Assembly: GCA_964399075.1 (NCBI GenBank)
Contig: CAYNPK010000004.1
Location: 1 to 60,786, forward strand
Reading direction: 5' to 3'
Origin: an uncultured Candidatus Saccharibacteria bacterium
GTDB lineage: Bacteria > Patescibacteriota > Minisyncoccia > Phycocordibacterales > JACOZG01
Length of the DNA stretch: 60,786 bases
The notes under the pieces: model-generated
Database searches by the model: none
The model's input: only the letters and a program-made list of their open reading frames with translations
What the model was told of the DNA's origin: nothing
Shown here: piece after piece, positions 40,217 through 50,505 of the stretch
How positions within the stretch are numbered: position 1 is the stretch's first letter
Layout: each line of letters starts with the position of its first letter
Made by a program: the position numbers and the translations under genes

Positions 40217-41776
40217 CTATTCAATATCCCAATTAGGGGCGGAGTAGAAAAGACTAGCTGGAACACTCACGACGTCATTGCCAATCGTAATTGTCATTGG
40301 GCTAGCACTTCTTAAGTCTGCTCGACTTTCTGGCTCTGGAACAGCAATACGCAACTTAAGGATCTCGTCTGGATTAAGAGTTACCTGCACATCATCGCAG
40401 GGTTGGTTGTCTGGGGTATCCGAATCTCCGATTTGAGTTACGCAATAAGGTGGTTTGTCTGATTTGAAATTAATCGCATCAAGTTCCGGGGAGATTATCT
40501 TGATATTTCTAACCGCTTCTACACCATCATTACGAACGAACAGCGACAAGTCACCTTCAGTAACTGACCAAGCAGAATAAAGATTTGGCAAATGGCCATC
40601 GATATACATATTAGAGTCACCTTCTATCACGAGACTAAATTCATCGCCAGGTTCTTCTTCATCAGTGACGGTAACTACATAATTACAAGAATCAGTAACA
40701 CCATCAAAATCAGTAACTTGAATTAAGCCTAAGTATGTAGCTACCGTAGAATAAGAACGAGGAATAAATGTAGGATCATCCGAGTCAATGTCAGAAGTAG
40801 ACCCCTTCCAATTACTAGATGAGGTATTTCTTGGCTCATACCATCTAAAAGTGTAAGTTGGAACACCGCCAGTGGCCTTGGCTCCAACATTAATATTAGC
40901 ACCCGGAGTAGTGTTATAACTACCGTCGCCTAAACATTGAATACTCAATTCAGCCGGTTCTGGGTCTGATTGTAATTCTATGTTCGCATTACAAGTACCA
41001 ACTCGCCCACCACTATCAGTTAAATTGAAAGTAGCCGTTTTATTTCCAGCTGTTGTGTAATTTACTGACAATGAACTCCAGGGGAAAGAAGTCAAATTAG
41101 AAACAGTTCTTTCAGAAACGCCATCAGCACTCCAAGTCAAATTATAAGGCCCAGTACCATTAGATACGCTAGTGACTTCCCAAGTTACGCTAGTTGGAAC
41201 CACAAGATTGTCATCGGTTGCTTGAGCTTCACAATTAACAGCTAGAGTTTCTGTACCGTCAATCGTGGCGTTGAAACCTATCCAGCCGAGCATGGGTCCC
41301 CAAGCCTTGTGGCTGTTTCCCGACTTATCGCTAGACAATACGCCGTCGGCGTGATGAACGCCGTAGCCGGTGCCAGACAGGCTAATCCAGCCGTCCCAGC
41401 CTTGGCTCGCGCCAGCAGCTCCAGTTAGAGCCCGAGCCCAACCAATAACCTTATCGCCTGATATTTTCGCATTACTAGCAGAAGTCCCCGGTCCGGAAGG
41501 GAAATCGGACAAACCGCCGAATTTGATCCAACCAATATTATTATTCCAAGCGTGACCAACAAGAGAGCCGTCGGCTGTCTTAGACACGCCATAGGCGGGA
41601 GCGTCCTCATCATCTTGAGGGGTGTGCAAACTAATCCAACCAACATTAGAACTCCAAGCCCAACCCCGAACCGGTAAATCTCCGACTTCTCCGATAGCCA
41701 GAGAAGGGGTTAATAAAAAAGCCGTGAGAGTCAGGGCCAAGGCGCCTAGGAAAATTGAAATTGTTTTGTGGTTCAT
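40217..41776 (-). CDS. Secreted multi-domain protein (Trp/Gly-repeat N-domain, PKD/Ig-like repeats), candidate pilus adhesin
   Basis: Signal peptide; repeated GWAWSSNVGWISL / GHAWNNNIGWIKF / GWDGWISL; Thr/Ser-rich beta modules. Confidence 0.65.
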   Translation of the reverse strand: MNHKTISIFLGALALTLTAFLLTPSLAIGEVGDLPVRGWAWSSNVGWISLHTPQDDEDAPAYGVSKTADGSLVGHAWNNNIGWIKFGGLSDFPSGPGTSASNAKISGDKVIGWARALTGAAGASQGWDGWISLSGTGYGVHHADGVLSSDKSGNSHKAWGPMLGWIGFNATIDGTETLAVNCEAQATDDNLVVPTSVTWEVTSVSNGTGPYNLTWSADGVSERTVSNLTSFPWSSLSVNYTTAGNKTATFNLTDSGGRVGTCNANIELQSDPEPAELSIQCLGDGSYNTTPGANINVGAKATGGVPTYTFRWYEPRNTSSSNWKGSTSDIDSDDPTFIPRSYSTVATYLGLIQVTDFDGVTDSCNYVVTVTDEEEPGDEFSLVIEGDSNMYIDGHLPNLYSAWSVTEGDLSLFVRNDGVEAVRNIKIISPELDAINFKSDKPPYCVTQIGDSDTPDNQPCDDVQVTLNPDEILKLRIAVPEPESRADLRSASPMTITIGNDVVSVPASLFYSAPNWDIE

Positions 41777-41862
41777 AAAAATTTAGTTTTGCTAATCCTT
41801 ACATTGTAACAAGTGACGACTAAAATCACACCAAACTTATCCACAGGAGGCTGTGGTAGAGT

Positions 41863-42474
41863 TTAATCCACATAAATGTGGCCAGTGTTCCAAACATGAA
41901 TAGTCTTGGTGGCCGGATCTGAACTTTCATTATTCTGAAGAGTGATTTCATAAGAACTGGGGGAACAGTGAGGGGCATTACCTGAAACAAAATAGGCGTC
42001 AGTTTCCGGTCTGACAAAAGAAATGTGGACATAATCTTGTTCAGGACAATTAGGACTAGGGCTAATAATTTTAGCAATCTTAATAGATTTAGGTAAGGTA
42101 AATTGCTCTAAACATTCTGAATTTGTTTGACCGCAAGCGGTACCATTATATTTTTTATCTACAATTTTATCAGCAAAAAGGATTAGAGTATCGGGGTCAG
42201 GGTCACCTTTTTTAAAATAAACCCCGTAGGAGGGAAAATTGGTGGCGCTACCGAAGGCGCGAGTGCTGGTGGTGAAAGTTTGCGCCTGGCGCACCAAGAG
42301 GGCGACCTCTTGGGCGACTAGATCTAGACGAGTCCGCTCCCGGAAGCGCGGGAGAGAAGAGAGAACAATAGCGGTGATGATCACGAAGATGGCGATGACC
42401 ACCATCATCTCAATGAGGGTGAAGCCAGATTCGGATTGAGTTTGAGTTTGTTTAGCTTTAGAAGGGTAAAACAT
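41863..42474 (-). CDS. Minor pilin, FimT/GspH-like
   Basis: SGFTLIEMMVVIAI; likely start ATG 42474. Confidence 0.8.
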   Translation of the reverse strand: MFYPSKAKQTQTQSESGFTLIEMMVVIAIFVIITAIVLSSLPRFRERTRLDLVAQEVALLVRQAQTFTTSTRAFGSATNFPSYGVYFKKGDPDPDTLILFADKIVDKKYNGTACGQTNSECLEQFTLPKSIKIAKIISPSPNCPEQDYVHISFVRPETDAYFVSGNAPHCSPSSYEITLQNNESSDPATKTIHVWNTGHIYVD

Positions 42475-43258
42475 GGAAGTTGTAAAAAATAACCAAGACC
42501 AGACCGGCGATGATAAACGGGGCGAAGGGTACCTCACTCTTGAAGCCGAAGGCTAAACCGCGTGGTTTCAACTTAGCCACCGCGATTAGCGCCAGGCCGA
42601 CGATGGCGCCAAGCCAGAAGGCCAAGACCAGAGCCGAAATGCCACCATTGAGACCGGCGAATAAACCAACGCCGAGGGCCAACTTAACGTCGCCGAAGCC
42701 CATCCACCGACCTCGGCCCAAGGCCCAGAGAAGCCAAAGGAAAAGGGCCGGAATCGCTCCAGCCAAGAGCCCGTAACTGAGAGCCAACCAAGCCACAGAG
42801 AGTGGTGAGAAAGAAACTGTCTGTATCAAGAGATTGAGGAGGGCGAGAGCGATGAAGCTGAAGACGAAGGCGTCAGGAATAATTTTGTGACGCAGGTCAT
42901 AAGCAGTAATCACTACTAAGAGGCAGAAGCTAAGGTAGTACAAAATAGCGTTAGGTAAAGGTAATTGGAGATTCCAAATGAAAACGAAGAGGAGGCCGGT
43001 GCCAAGCTCAACCAAGGGGTATTGCCAGGAGAGGATACTGCCACAACGCCGACATTTGCCAAGGAGGAAGAAGAAACTAAACACCGGCAGGAGTTCAAAC
43101 CAACGTAAAGTTTGGCCACAAGATAGACACTGGGATCGTCCGCCGAGCGCCTGCCAGAGGCTGGGGCCGGTGTGGTAGCGATAGATGACGACATTGAGAA
43201 AACTGCCAATGATCGCACCGAGAATAAAAATTAAGACTATCGGCAATTCAATAATCAT
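42458..43258 (-). CDS. pilD: Prepilin peptidase
   Basis: GSFLNVVIYR, RSQCLSC, CRRC, YDLRHKIIPD, MGFGDVKL, VPFAPF. Confidence 0.95.
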   Translation of the reverse strand: MIIELPIVLIFILGAIIGSFLNVVIYRYHTGPSLWQALGGRSQCLSCGQTLRWFELLPVFSFFFLLGKCRRCGSILSWQYPLVELGTGLLFVFIWNLQLPLPNAILYYLSFCLLVVITAYDLRHKIIPDAFVFSFIALALLNLLIQTVSFSPLSVAWLALSYGLLAGAIPALFLWLLWALGRGRWMGFGDVKLALGVGLFAGLNGGISALVLAFWLGAIVGLALIAVAKLKPRGLAFGFKSEVPFAPFIIAGLVLVIFYNFHVLPF

Positions 43259-43276
43259 TGGAATTATTATAGCACA

Positions 43277-43546
43277 TCAGAAACGATAAATGTCTTTACG
43301 ATGTCCAATGGCAAAGAAAACGGCGATAGTTTTATCCTGGAAATAAAAAAGGCAACGATAGCGACTGGTTAAACGGAAAGAATAAGCGCCCTCTAATTCC
43401 ACCAAACGCTTCAAATGAAGTCGCTTATCCAAGCGATTGCCAATAAAAATCTTTTCTTGTTTGGAGAGACGAACGCCTACTTCCCTTGGTAATTTTGCTA
43501 ACTGTTTGCGGAAGCCTTCAGTTTTAATTATCTTCATTATCAGCAA
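43277..43546 (-). CDS. RelE/ParE-family toxin-like protein
   Basis: Small basic protein: F.KQL.KL...LHLKRL...YSFRLTSRYRCLF...AIGHRKDIY. Confidence 0.7.
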   Translation of the reverse strand: MLIMKIIKTEGFRKQLAKLPREVGVRLSKQEKIFIGNRLDKRLHLKRLVELEGAYSFRLTSRYRCLFYFQDKTIAVFFAIGHRKDIYRF

Positions 43547-43709
43547 GTGCTAAATTAGGATGTTGGCCTATCGCCTGTTTGTAAGCTTGGATGATCAACT
43601 TTTGATTGCGGTATTCATTGATTGATTCCGGAGGTAAGACAACAGCCAAGTCTTGGCGCAAAGATTGGATTTCTTTATAGATTTTTTCTAAAATCTGATT
43701 CATTTGCAC
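43524..43709 (-). CDS. Putative antitoxin
   Basis: 61 aa, upstream of and overlapping the toxin-like gene. Confidence 0.5.
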   Translation of the reverse strand: MQMNQILEKIYKEIQSLRQDLAVVLPPESINEYRNQKLIIQAYKQAIGQHPNLALADNEDN

Positions 43710-43756
43710 ATTTTAACGCAAATCGTCTTCTTAAGCAAGCAATCTTTGCCCCACCG

Positions 43757-43790
43757 AAAACCACCCCCGCCAATCGGTGGGGGTGGTTTT
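43757..43790. terminator. Intrinsic terminator downstream of major pilin
   Basis: aaaaccacccccgcc-aatc-ggtgggggtggtttt. Confidence 0.8.
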
Positions 43791-43812
43791 GCAGAGAAAC
43801 TAGAAAAATAGA

Positions 43813-44184
43813 TTACGATTTGACACAACCAGAGATGGTACAAGTAATCGTAGCTGAATCTCCAGTACTGGTAGCCGAATAACTAAAAGCGCCAGCTGTA
43901 CCATTAAAACCAGTGGAACCATAAGTCCAACCAGTGGGTAATGTTGGCCAAGATGCGCTAATAGGAAGAGTACACATGTCATCACCAACAACAGGAGTTG
44001 TGAGCGTTGAATTATCTGTACACATCACAGCACCCGCAATTGTACCAGCTAAAGTAGCTTGGGCTGCGGCGACTCTTGCCTTTGTTCGCGCTGTGCCTAA
44101 GCTGGTCAACACAATACCGGACAAGATACCAATGATGGCGATAACCACCAAGAGCTCAATTAAGGTAAAACCTTTTTGTTTCAT
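43813..44184 (-). CDS. Type IV pilin, probable major pilin
   Basis: [20 protein letters not shown]; short, own terminator, C-terminal Cys pairs. Confidence 0.88.
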   Translation of the reverse strand: MKQKGFTLIELLVVIAIIGILSGIVLTSLGTARTKARVAAAQATLAGTIAGAVMCTDNSTLTTPVVGDDMCTLPISASWPTLPTGWTYGSTGFNGTAGAFSYSATSTGDSATITCTISGCVKS

Positions 44185-44276
44185 ATTATCTTTTCTTTTA
44201 TCTTTATCTCTAATAAATTAATAACCTATCGACTTTATTTAATAACCCTCCAATTATAACACACCCTCCTCACCAA

Positions 44277-44540
44277 TCAATCCACAACCCCCGCCTGTTT
44301 CTCCAAACGACTAATCCGCCGTTCGTGAGTCGCCATGGTGTCAAGCCGTCTATCAATTGCGGTGAAGCGATGATTAACCTTCTCAAATTTTTCCCCGGTT
44401 TCATTCTGGAAGACGAGAATCTGATTACGAAGAGAAACATAGTGCGTTTCCATCTCATCTCGCAAATCCACAAAGCCATGCTGAACCATTCGAGCTAGTT
44501 TATCCAAGGTCATTTTGTTAACTGATTTCCTTTCGGCCAT
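44277..44540 (-). CDS. Small coiled-coil hypothetical protein
   Basis: Heptad-like pattern; TATAAT 8 nt before ATG. Confidence 0.6.
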   Translation of the reverse strand: MAERKSVNKMTLDKLARMVQHGFVDLRDEMETHYVSLRNQILVFQNETGEKFEKVNHRFTAIDRRLDTMATHERRISRLEKQAGVVD

Positions 44541-44607
44541 TGGACTTGATTATAAACCAAGCCAGCGAGGTTAGCCAATGGCGAAAAATTAAAGAAACTG
44601 GGGATAA

Positions 44608-45813
44608 CTAGAATCCGGAAGCCAAGTTATAAATTGGCACGAGAACGGACGTTAGCAAGAGGCCAACGCCTAAGCCCAAGAAGACGATCAATACTGGCTC
44701 GATCAAGTCAACTAGAGTGTCCACGGCATTGTAGACCTCGCGCTGATAGAAGCGCGAGAGAGTTTCTAGAATGAAACCGAGCTTACCGGTTTCCTCGCCC
44801 ACCTTGATCATCTGGATCATGATGGCGGGAACTTCCGGATATTTGTAGAGAATAGAAGAAATGTTCCCACCGGATTTAACTCCCTCGCTGGTGTCTTTCA
44901 AAATGTTTTTATACACCTCATTGCCGACGACATCGGCGGTGATTTCTAGAGAACGCACCATCGGGATACCAGAGGTGAGCATGGTACTTAAGTTATCAGA
45001 AATGCGCGAGAGATATAACTTCTCGTAGAGATTGCTGAAGTAAGGCACAGATAATTTAAATTGTGACAAGGCGAGCTTGCCCGGACCGGTGCGAATATAA
45101 CGGAAGAGGAGGAAACCGCCAGCAATCACAAAGAGCAAGAGGAAAATGCCGTAATTAACGAAGAAGTCGCTAATATTGATAATAACTTTGGTATAAATCG
45201 GTATTTCTTGACCAGTTTCTAGCAAAATCTCGCTTAATTTAGGAATCACATAGGTGAGCATTAAAATGATAACGACAACGAAAGAGAAAATAATAAAAGC
45301 CGGATAAATAAGTGCGTTTCGAGCTTTAGAAACCAGAGCGTGAGTTCGCTCCAGATAATCGGCCAGATAACGGAAGGCTTCAGAAATTTTACCAGTCTCC
45401 TCACCAGCCCTAATCATGTTGACATAGAAATCAGAGAAGGCCTCTGGATGTTTAGAGAGAGCCTCGGAAATTAGAACGCCAGAGTTGATATCATCCACCA
45501 CCGCTACCAGAACTCGGCGTAAAATCGGATTATCTGATTCTGCGGCCAAGAGACGGAAAGCGGCCAAAGCCGAGACTTTGGCCTCGAACAAAGTAGAAAT
45601 CTGCCGTGAGAGAATCACCACATCTTTGAATTTAGCTCGCCTGGAGAAAGCCAGACGCATGTCCCAGAAGGAATTAGTCTCGGCAGACTTGATATCCAAA
45701 ATAATCAAACCCCGACGCTGGAGCGAGCTAATCGCCAAATCAATATTAGGCGCATCGATAGTCCCCTCTTGGGTACTACCTTCTTTGCTGGTGGCTTGAT
45801 AAGTGAAAATCAT
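44608..45813 (-). CDS. pilC: Type IV pilus platform protein PilC
   Basis: FYVNMIRAGEETG, ALIYP, QMIKVGEETG, EPVLIV. Confidence 0.93.
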   Translation of the reverse strand: MIFTYQATSKEGSTQEGTIDAPNIDLAISSLQRRGLIILDIKSAETNSFWDMRLAFSRRAKFKDVVILSRQISTLFEAKVSALAAFRLLAAESDNPILRRVLVAVVDDINSGVLISEALSKHPEAFSDFYVNMIRAGEETGKISEAFRYLADYLERTHALVSKARNALIYPAFIIFSFVVVIILMLTYVIPKLSEILLETGQEIPIYTKVIINISDFFVNYGIFLLLFVIAGGFLLFRYIRTGPGKLALSQFKLSVPYFSNLYEKLYLSRISDNLSTMLTSGIPMVRSLEITADVVGNEVYKNILKDTSEGVKSGGNISSILYKYPEVPAIMIQMIKVGEETGKLGFILETLSRFYQREVYNAVDTLVDLIEPVLIVFLGLGVGLLLTSVLVPIYNLASGF

Positions 45814-46877
45814 TGCAACATTCGCGACAAGGCTTTGGGATTAAGCGAGTAGCGATAAGCGGTCTCTTGACTGACGTCGCCGGAGCGAACCATCTCGGTG
45901 AGCGAGTGATTGAGATTAACCATCCCTTCGTCAGAACTGGTCTCGATGACGACATCAATCTCGGCGGTGCGACCCTCGCGAATCAAGTTAGCCACGGCGT
46001 TATTGTTAATTAACAATTCGTGAGCCGGAATCAAACCGCCGGAGATGCGGGGCAAGAGGCGTTGAGAGAAGATGGCAATTAAACTACCGGCTAATTGAAT
46101 CCGAATTTGATTTTGCTGATTGCCGGGGAAGGAGTCGATGATGCGATCGATGGTTTGGGAGGCCGAGTTGGTGTGGAGAGTGGAGAAGATCAAGTGACCA
46201 GTCTCAGCGGCGGTAACGGCGGTGGCAATAGTACCGGGACTACGCATCTCGCCAATCATTCCCACATTAACATCCTGACGGAACATCGAGCGGAGCGCTG
46301 ACTGGAAATCGTGAGTGTCGAAGCGTACTTCGCGCTGATCAATGATTGATTTATTGGAAGTAAATAGATACTCAATCGGGTCCTCGATGGTAACGATATG
46401 TTCCGAGCGTTCGCGGTTGATTAGCTCAATCATGGAAGCAAGAGTGGTAGACTTGCCTTGACCCACCGGACCAACGACGAGGAAGAAACCCTGCTCGCGT
46501 CTAGTGAATTCGGCCAAGATGGGAGGCAAGCCTAACTCATCAAGACTGCGAATTTGATTCGGGATTAAACGGAAAGCGGCGCCAACCACCCCGCGCTGGA
46601 AGAAAGCGTTACCACGGAAGCGAGTGCCATCAGCCGTCATGTAAGAAAAGTCTAATTCTTTGTTCTGATAGAAGAGCTCCTTATTAGCCGGAGAAATAAT
46701 TTCCGCCACCAAGCCAGCCGTATCCTCCGCGGTGAGCACCGGCTTCTTGACGATAGGAATAAGGTCGCCGGAGATCCGAATCGTTGGATGACGGCCGGCG
46801 GTAAAGTGGAGATCAGAAGCACCCTCTTTGGTGACAATATTGATTAGCTCGGCTAGTTCTTGTTTATAATCTTTCAT
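45810..46877 (-). CDS. pilT: Pilus retraction ATPase PilT
   Basis: ASDLH, GPVGQGKSTT, TIEDPIEY, IDQREV, AETGHL.FSTLHT. Confidence 0.93.
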   Translation of the reverse strand: MKDYKQELAELINIVTKEGASDLHFTAGRHPTIRISGDLIPIVKKPVLTAEDTAGLVAEIISPANKELFYQNKELDFSYMTADGTRFRGNAFFQRGVVGAAFRLIPNQIRSLDELGLPPILAEFTRREQGFFLVVGPVGQGKSTTLASMIELINRERSEHIVTIEDPIEYLFTSNKSIIDQREVRFDTHDFQSALRSMFRQDVNVGMIGEMRSPGTIATAVTAAETGHLIFSTLHTNSASQTIDRIIDSFPGNQQNQIRIQLAGSLIAIFSQRLLPRISGGLIPAHELLINNNAVANLIREGRTAEIDVVIETSSDEGMVNLNHSLTEMVRSGDVSQETAYRYSLNPKALSRMLQ

Positions 46878-46894
46878 ACTTTAATAAAAAATAA

Positions 46895-47287
46895 TTAGGC
46901 TTTGGGCTTTAGTTTGTGAGTGGCAATTTCTAAAGTCTGACTAACCACTTCTGAAGGGGTAGCCGAAGCTTTAATGATGTAACCGTCCACTCCCAAACTC
47001 AAACCCTTATCCACGTCCTCCTTCTGTCCCAAGTTGGAGAGAATAATAACAGCAGCTGTTTTATCTAATCCCCGCTCTTTAATCGAAGTCACCAATTGGA
47101 AACCGTCCATCTTGGGCATCAGAATATCAGCCAGATAAACATCGGGACGCAAGCCGGCCTCAATCTTCCCTAGAGCATCCTCGCCATTCTCCGCCGTTGT
47201 CACCTCGAACTCACGCTCGCTAAATTTAAGCGCATACATATCCAACAAGAACTTATCGTCATCAACAATCAAAATTTTGTAACTCAT
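46895..47287 (-). CDS. Single-domain response regulator
   Basis: ILIVDDD, ADILMPKMDG, YIIK receiver motifs. Confidence 0.92.
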   Translation of the reverse strand: MSYKILIVDDDKFLLDMYALKFSEREFEVTTAENGEDALGKIEAGLRPDVYLADILMPKMDGFQLVTSIKERGLDKTAAVIILSNLGQKEDVDKGLSLGVDGYIIKASATPSEVVSQTLEIATHKLKPKA

Positions 47288-47322
47288 AGTATTTATAGTA
47301 TAACACCGCTACTAAAGTAGGT

Positions 47323-48897
47323 CTACAATTTGGCCACTTCCTCAAAGGCGATCTGACCGGCGAGCGCCTTCAGTAGAGCATCTTCCTTCATGGTCAGAAA
47401 ACCTTTTTGTCTAGCCAGAGCGTAAATCGCCTCCTCCGTCGGCTCTTTTAACAACAAACTCTCAAAATCTTTATCCATTTCCAGAACCTCCATCACCGCC
47501 AGCCGACCGCGAGTACCACCCGGGCAAGAAGGAGTCGCCTTGGACCTATACACGACACCGGGTAACACAATTTTTTCTCTTATTGCCGGCGGTACTTCTA
47601 CTAAATATTTTTCAATCAAAGCTTGGAGAGAGCCGTCTAGAGGAACGGACTCTTTAGACTCCTCACAGAGAGTTGGCACTAGACGTTGAGCCACAGTCAT
47701 AATTAGAGTTGCGCCAATCAAGAAGGGATCGATGCCCATATCAATCAGACGGGGAATCACGCCAGCAGTATTATTAGTGTGGAGAGTAGATAGCACCAAG
47801 TGACCAGTCAAAGCGGCCTGAATCGCCAGCTTGGCCGTTTCCGAATCGCGGATCTCACCAACCATAATAATATCCGGATCTTGACGCAAGATACTGCGCA
47901 AGCCGTTAGCGAAAGTGTAATCAATTTCTGGTCTCACTTGAGATTGGCTAACGCCCTCAACGCTGTACTCCACTGGATCTTCCAAACTGACGATATTATT
48001 GCTCTCATGATCAAGAGCCTGGAGCATGGCATACAGAGTAGTAGTCTTACCCGAACCAGTCGGACCAGTCAGCAAAATCATCCCGTAAGGACGTTTGATC
48101 GCCCGCTCAATCGCTTCGCGATTGCTTGGCGTTAAGCCAATCCGATCCATATCCAAGCGCGATCGTTCCGGATCGAGAATACGAATCACCACCTTCTCGC
48201 CATAATAAGTCGGCATAGTTGAGACACGAAAATCGATTTTGCGACCCTCAATCCGAGCCGAGAAACGACCGTCTTGTGGTTTCCGGCGTTCGTCTAACTT
48301 CATATTAGTTAAGATTTTAATTCTAGCCACCACAGCGTCGTGCACGGCCGAAGGCAAGAAGAGACTGGTGTATAGAGCGCCATCAACCCGAAAGCGAACC
48401 TTGAAGTTCTCCGGCCCGGGCTCGATGTGAATGTCAGAAGCGTTGCCAGAAGAAGCGTGTTGGAGAATCACGGCCACAATCTTAGTCACCGGTGCGTCCT
48501 CAACAATTTTAACATCCTCCGGCTTGATCCCCATCCGCTCACTCTCCGGACGCTTCTCCTCCTCCTGAATTTCTAAATCTAAATCTGATAAGGCCTTAGT
48601 CACCTGACTCGTCAGACCCTCATAACTCTTCAACACCTCGTCAAAATCGGTTTGCGAAATAGAAAAAATCTTGAACGGCAAACCGATTTTGGAAGCGATA
48701 AATTGGAGTGCGTCGCGCGCGTCGATGTTATCCGGATCAAGCATTCCCACCTCCAAAACGCCGTCTTTAATTTTGAGCGGAACGAAACTATAATAAGCCG
48801 CCGAATTTCTCGGAATATATTTAAGAACCTCCGGCGGAATCTTCTGATTCGGCTCTAAAGTAGCGACTGGGACATCAGTGACACTATCCATAATCAA
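47323..48897 (-). CDS. pilB: Pilus assembly ATPase PilB (GspE family)
   Basis: ASDIHIEP, RFRVDG, GPTGSGKTTT, LRQDPDIIMVGEIRD, AALTGHLV. Confidence 0.93.
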   Translation of the reverse strand: MIMDSVTDVPVATLEPNQKIPPEVLKYIPRNSAAYYSFVPLKIKDGVLEVGMLDPDNIDARDALQFIASKIGLPFKIFSISQTDFDEVLKSYEGLTSQVTKALSDLDLEIQEEEKRPESERMGIKPEDVKIVEDAPVTKIVAVILQHASSGNASDIHIEPGPENFKVRFRVDGALYTSLFLPSAVHDAVVARIKILTNMKLDERRKPQDGRFSARIEGRKIDFRVSTMPTYYGEKVVIRILDPERSRLDMDRIGLTPSNREAIERAIKRPYGMILLTGPTGSGKTTTLYAMLQALDHESNNIVSLEDPVEYSVEGVSQSQVRPEIDYTFANGLRSILRQDPDIIMVGEIRDSETAKLAIQAALTGHLVLSTLHTNNTAGVIPRLIDMGIDPFLIGATLIMTVAQRLVPTLCEESKESVPLDGSLQALIEKYLVEVPPAIREKIVLPGVVYRSKATPSCPGGTRGRLAVMEVLEMDKDFESLLLKEPTEEAIYALARQKGFLTMKEDALLKALAGQIAFEEVAKL

Positions 48898-48903
48898 AAA
48901 ATA

Positions 48904-49374
48904 TTACAACAAATCTAAAAGATCTCTCGGTAAAGGCGAAGGTGACGGTGACGGAGATGGAGGTGGGGGCGGTGGGAGTGGGGTGTCTGGTCCTGTTTCA
49001 GTTTCCGGTTCATCGTTAGTAACTATTACTGATCTCTCCGCCGGATTAATTTCTGCAAAAGGATTAGCTCGTCCCGGAGTTTGGCTGGGCAACACTGTGC
49101 TAAAGTCCCGCAAATTAGTCAGGATGGGGAAAATATCCGTCTTGAATTCCAGACTGCGCAAGCTTAACAGGATTTGCAAAAATTCATCTCGCGACTCCGC
49201 TTGGCCGGGTGAAGCAAGGAACCCCACCGGTGACAAGCCTTCTGAAGCCGTTTCCTCCGTATCATCCGGAGCGATAAACTGGCGATAAGCAAAGAAGAGG
49301 GTGGCGATAACAACGATGACCAAGATTAAATTGCTGATGATTTTTTTGTTAAACATGATAATTATTTTAACCAA
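48904..49374 (-). CDS. Membrane-anchored pilus accessory protein (PilP position) with Pro/Ser-rich tail
   Basis: TM helix, GRANPFAE motif; position in the pilMNO operon. Confidence 0.55.
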   Translation of the reverse strand: MVKIIIMFNKKIISNLILVIVVIATLFFAYRQFIAPDDTEETASEGLSPVGFLASPGQAESRDEFLQILLSLRSLEFKTDIFPILTNLRDFSTVLPSQTPGRANPFAEINPAERSVIVTNDEPETETGPDTPLPPPPPPSPSPSPSPLPRDLLDLL

Positions 49375-49907
49375 TAAGTCTGTAATTCAACATTGTAATC
49401 ATAAGAACCGGTTTCGGCAGTAGAAAAACTAACCGAGGCAATATCGACCAAGCGTAAACTGCGAGACAAATCCGCCATGAAAGCCTTAAAGTTAGAATAA
49501 GGGCCAGTCACGGAGAAACCAAGCACTACCGAGCCCTTGCGCTGGGCGGATTCTTCTCTGATCACACTACTCTCCTCCTCACCCTCTTCGGTTTTAATCT
49601 TGATATCGCGAATACTCATATTGTAAGGCCGGGCAATATTATTGATATCAATAATCAAACGAACATTATCAATGCTATCTGGCACAAGCTTATTGAGGCG
49701 ATCTTTATCAGCGGTAGTAAAAGAATTATAAGCAGTCAAGAGATCATTCTGAACTTGGCGCAATTGCTTGGCATGATCCAAACCCTGATTAAGAATCGCT
49801 TGTCGGTCGCGCAGACCGTCCATCTCCTTCAAGATCGGATCCGTAAATCGGAAGAAGCCACCAACGGCGAGAGCGGTAATAAATAAAGGTAAAATAAAAT
49901 TAATCAT
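49362..49907 (-). CDS. pilO: PilO-like protein
   Basis: TM helix plus coiled coil; FSVTGPYSNFKAF...SLRLVDI. Confidence 0.8.
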   Translation of the reverse strand: MINFILPLFITALAVGGFFRFTDPILKEMDGLRDRQAILNQGLDHAKQLRQVQNDLLTAYNSFTTADKDRLNKLVPDSIDNVRLIIDINNIARPYNMSIRDIKIKTEEGEEESSVIREESAQRKGSVVLGFSVTGPYSNFKAFMADLSRSLRLVDIASVSFSTAETGSYDYNVELQTYWLK

Positions 49908-50476
49908 GGATTTTGATTTTTAAGGAAAGAGAAAATGTCAGACTCCGGAATAATAGTTAATTTAAAAATAACATTCCCCTCTCTATCTAGGTCCAAATCA
50001 GAAAAGATAAAACTTTTAATCCGACGTTCATCTTTGGTAAAAATATCACTCTGAACAGCGATATCTTCGTATTTTGTCGCCTGACCGTCGATCACCAAAC
50101 TATCTTCAGAATAACTAAAGCGAGTGTAACCAACCGTGGGTAAAGTTAATTCTTCCAACATTTTGATTGCCGGCAAAATCGTGTTGTGCTCGGCCAACAA
50201 ATCTTTAGCAATGCGCAACTTGCTATCGAAATTCTGGAAAACCAAAATAGTGGCGCGATCCAAGTTTTTCTCCTCACGCTCCACCGCTGCTTCTAAATCC
50301 AAAACGCCTTGATTAAGGCGACTCTTCCAAAAGATCGCGCCACCAAAGAAAGCCCCCGAGAGGATTAATAACAAGAAAGAGATCATCAATAATAAATTAC
50401 TAGACTGCCGTTTAGAGCGTTCCGGTTTATCTAAAACTCGTTTGGGAATGAAGGACGTAGTGGAAGGTTGATTCAT
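49904..50476 (-). CDS. pilN: PilN-like protein
   Basis: Cytoplasmic TSFIPK, TM helix, between pilM and pilO. Confidence 0.7.
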   Translation of the reverse strand: MNQPSTTSFIPKRVLDKPERSKRQSSNLLLMISFLLLILSGAFFGGAIFWKSRLNQGVLDLEAAVEREEKNLDRATILVFQNFDSKLRIAKDLLAEHNTILPAIKMLEELTLPTVGYTRFSYSEDSLVIDGQATKYEDIAVQSDIFTKDERRIKSFIFSDLDLDREGNVIFKLTIIPESDIFSFLKNQNP

Positions 50477-50505
50477 AATCTTTATTCTCTATATATTATC
50501 GTATG

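Noticed and set aside
43757-43790. Pilin hairpin as a DGR cis element (starts AACCACCCC like the VR hairpin)
   Set aside because: It has U-tracts on both sides typical of a terminator, and the pilin 3' end shows no VR-like codon pattern.
48925-48985. Short GGTGAC/GGAGAT repeats
   Set aside because: They encode a Pro/Ser low-complexity tail, not a DNA repeat element.
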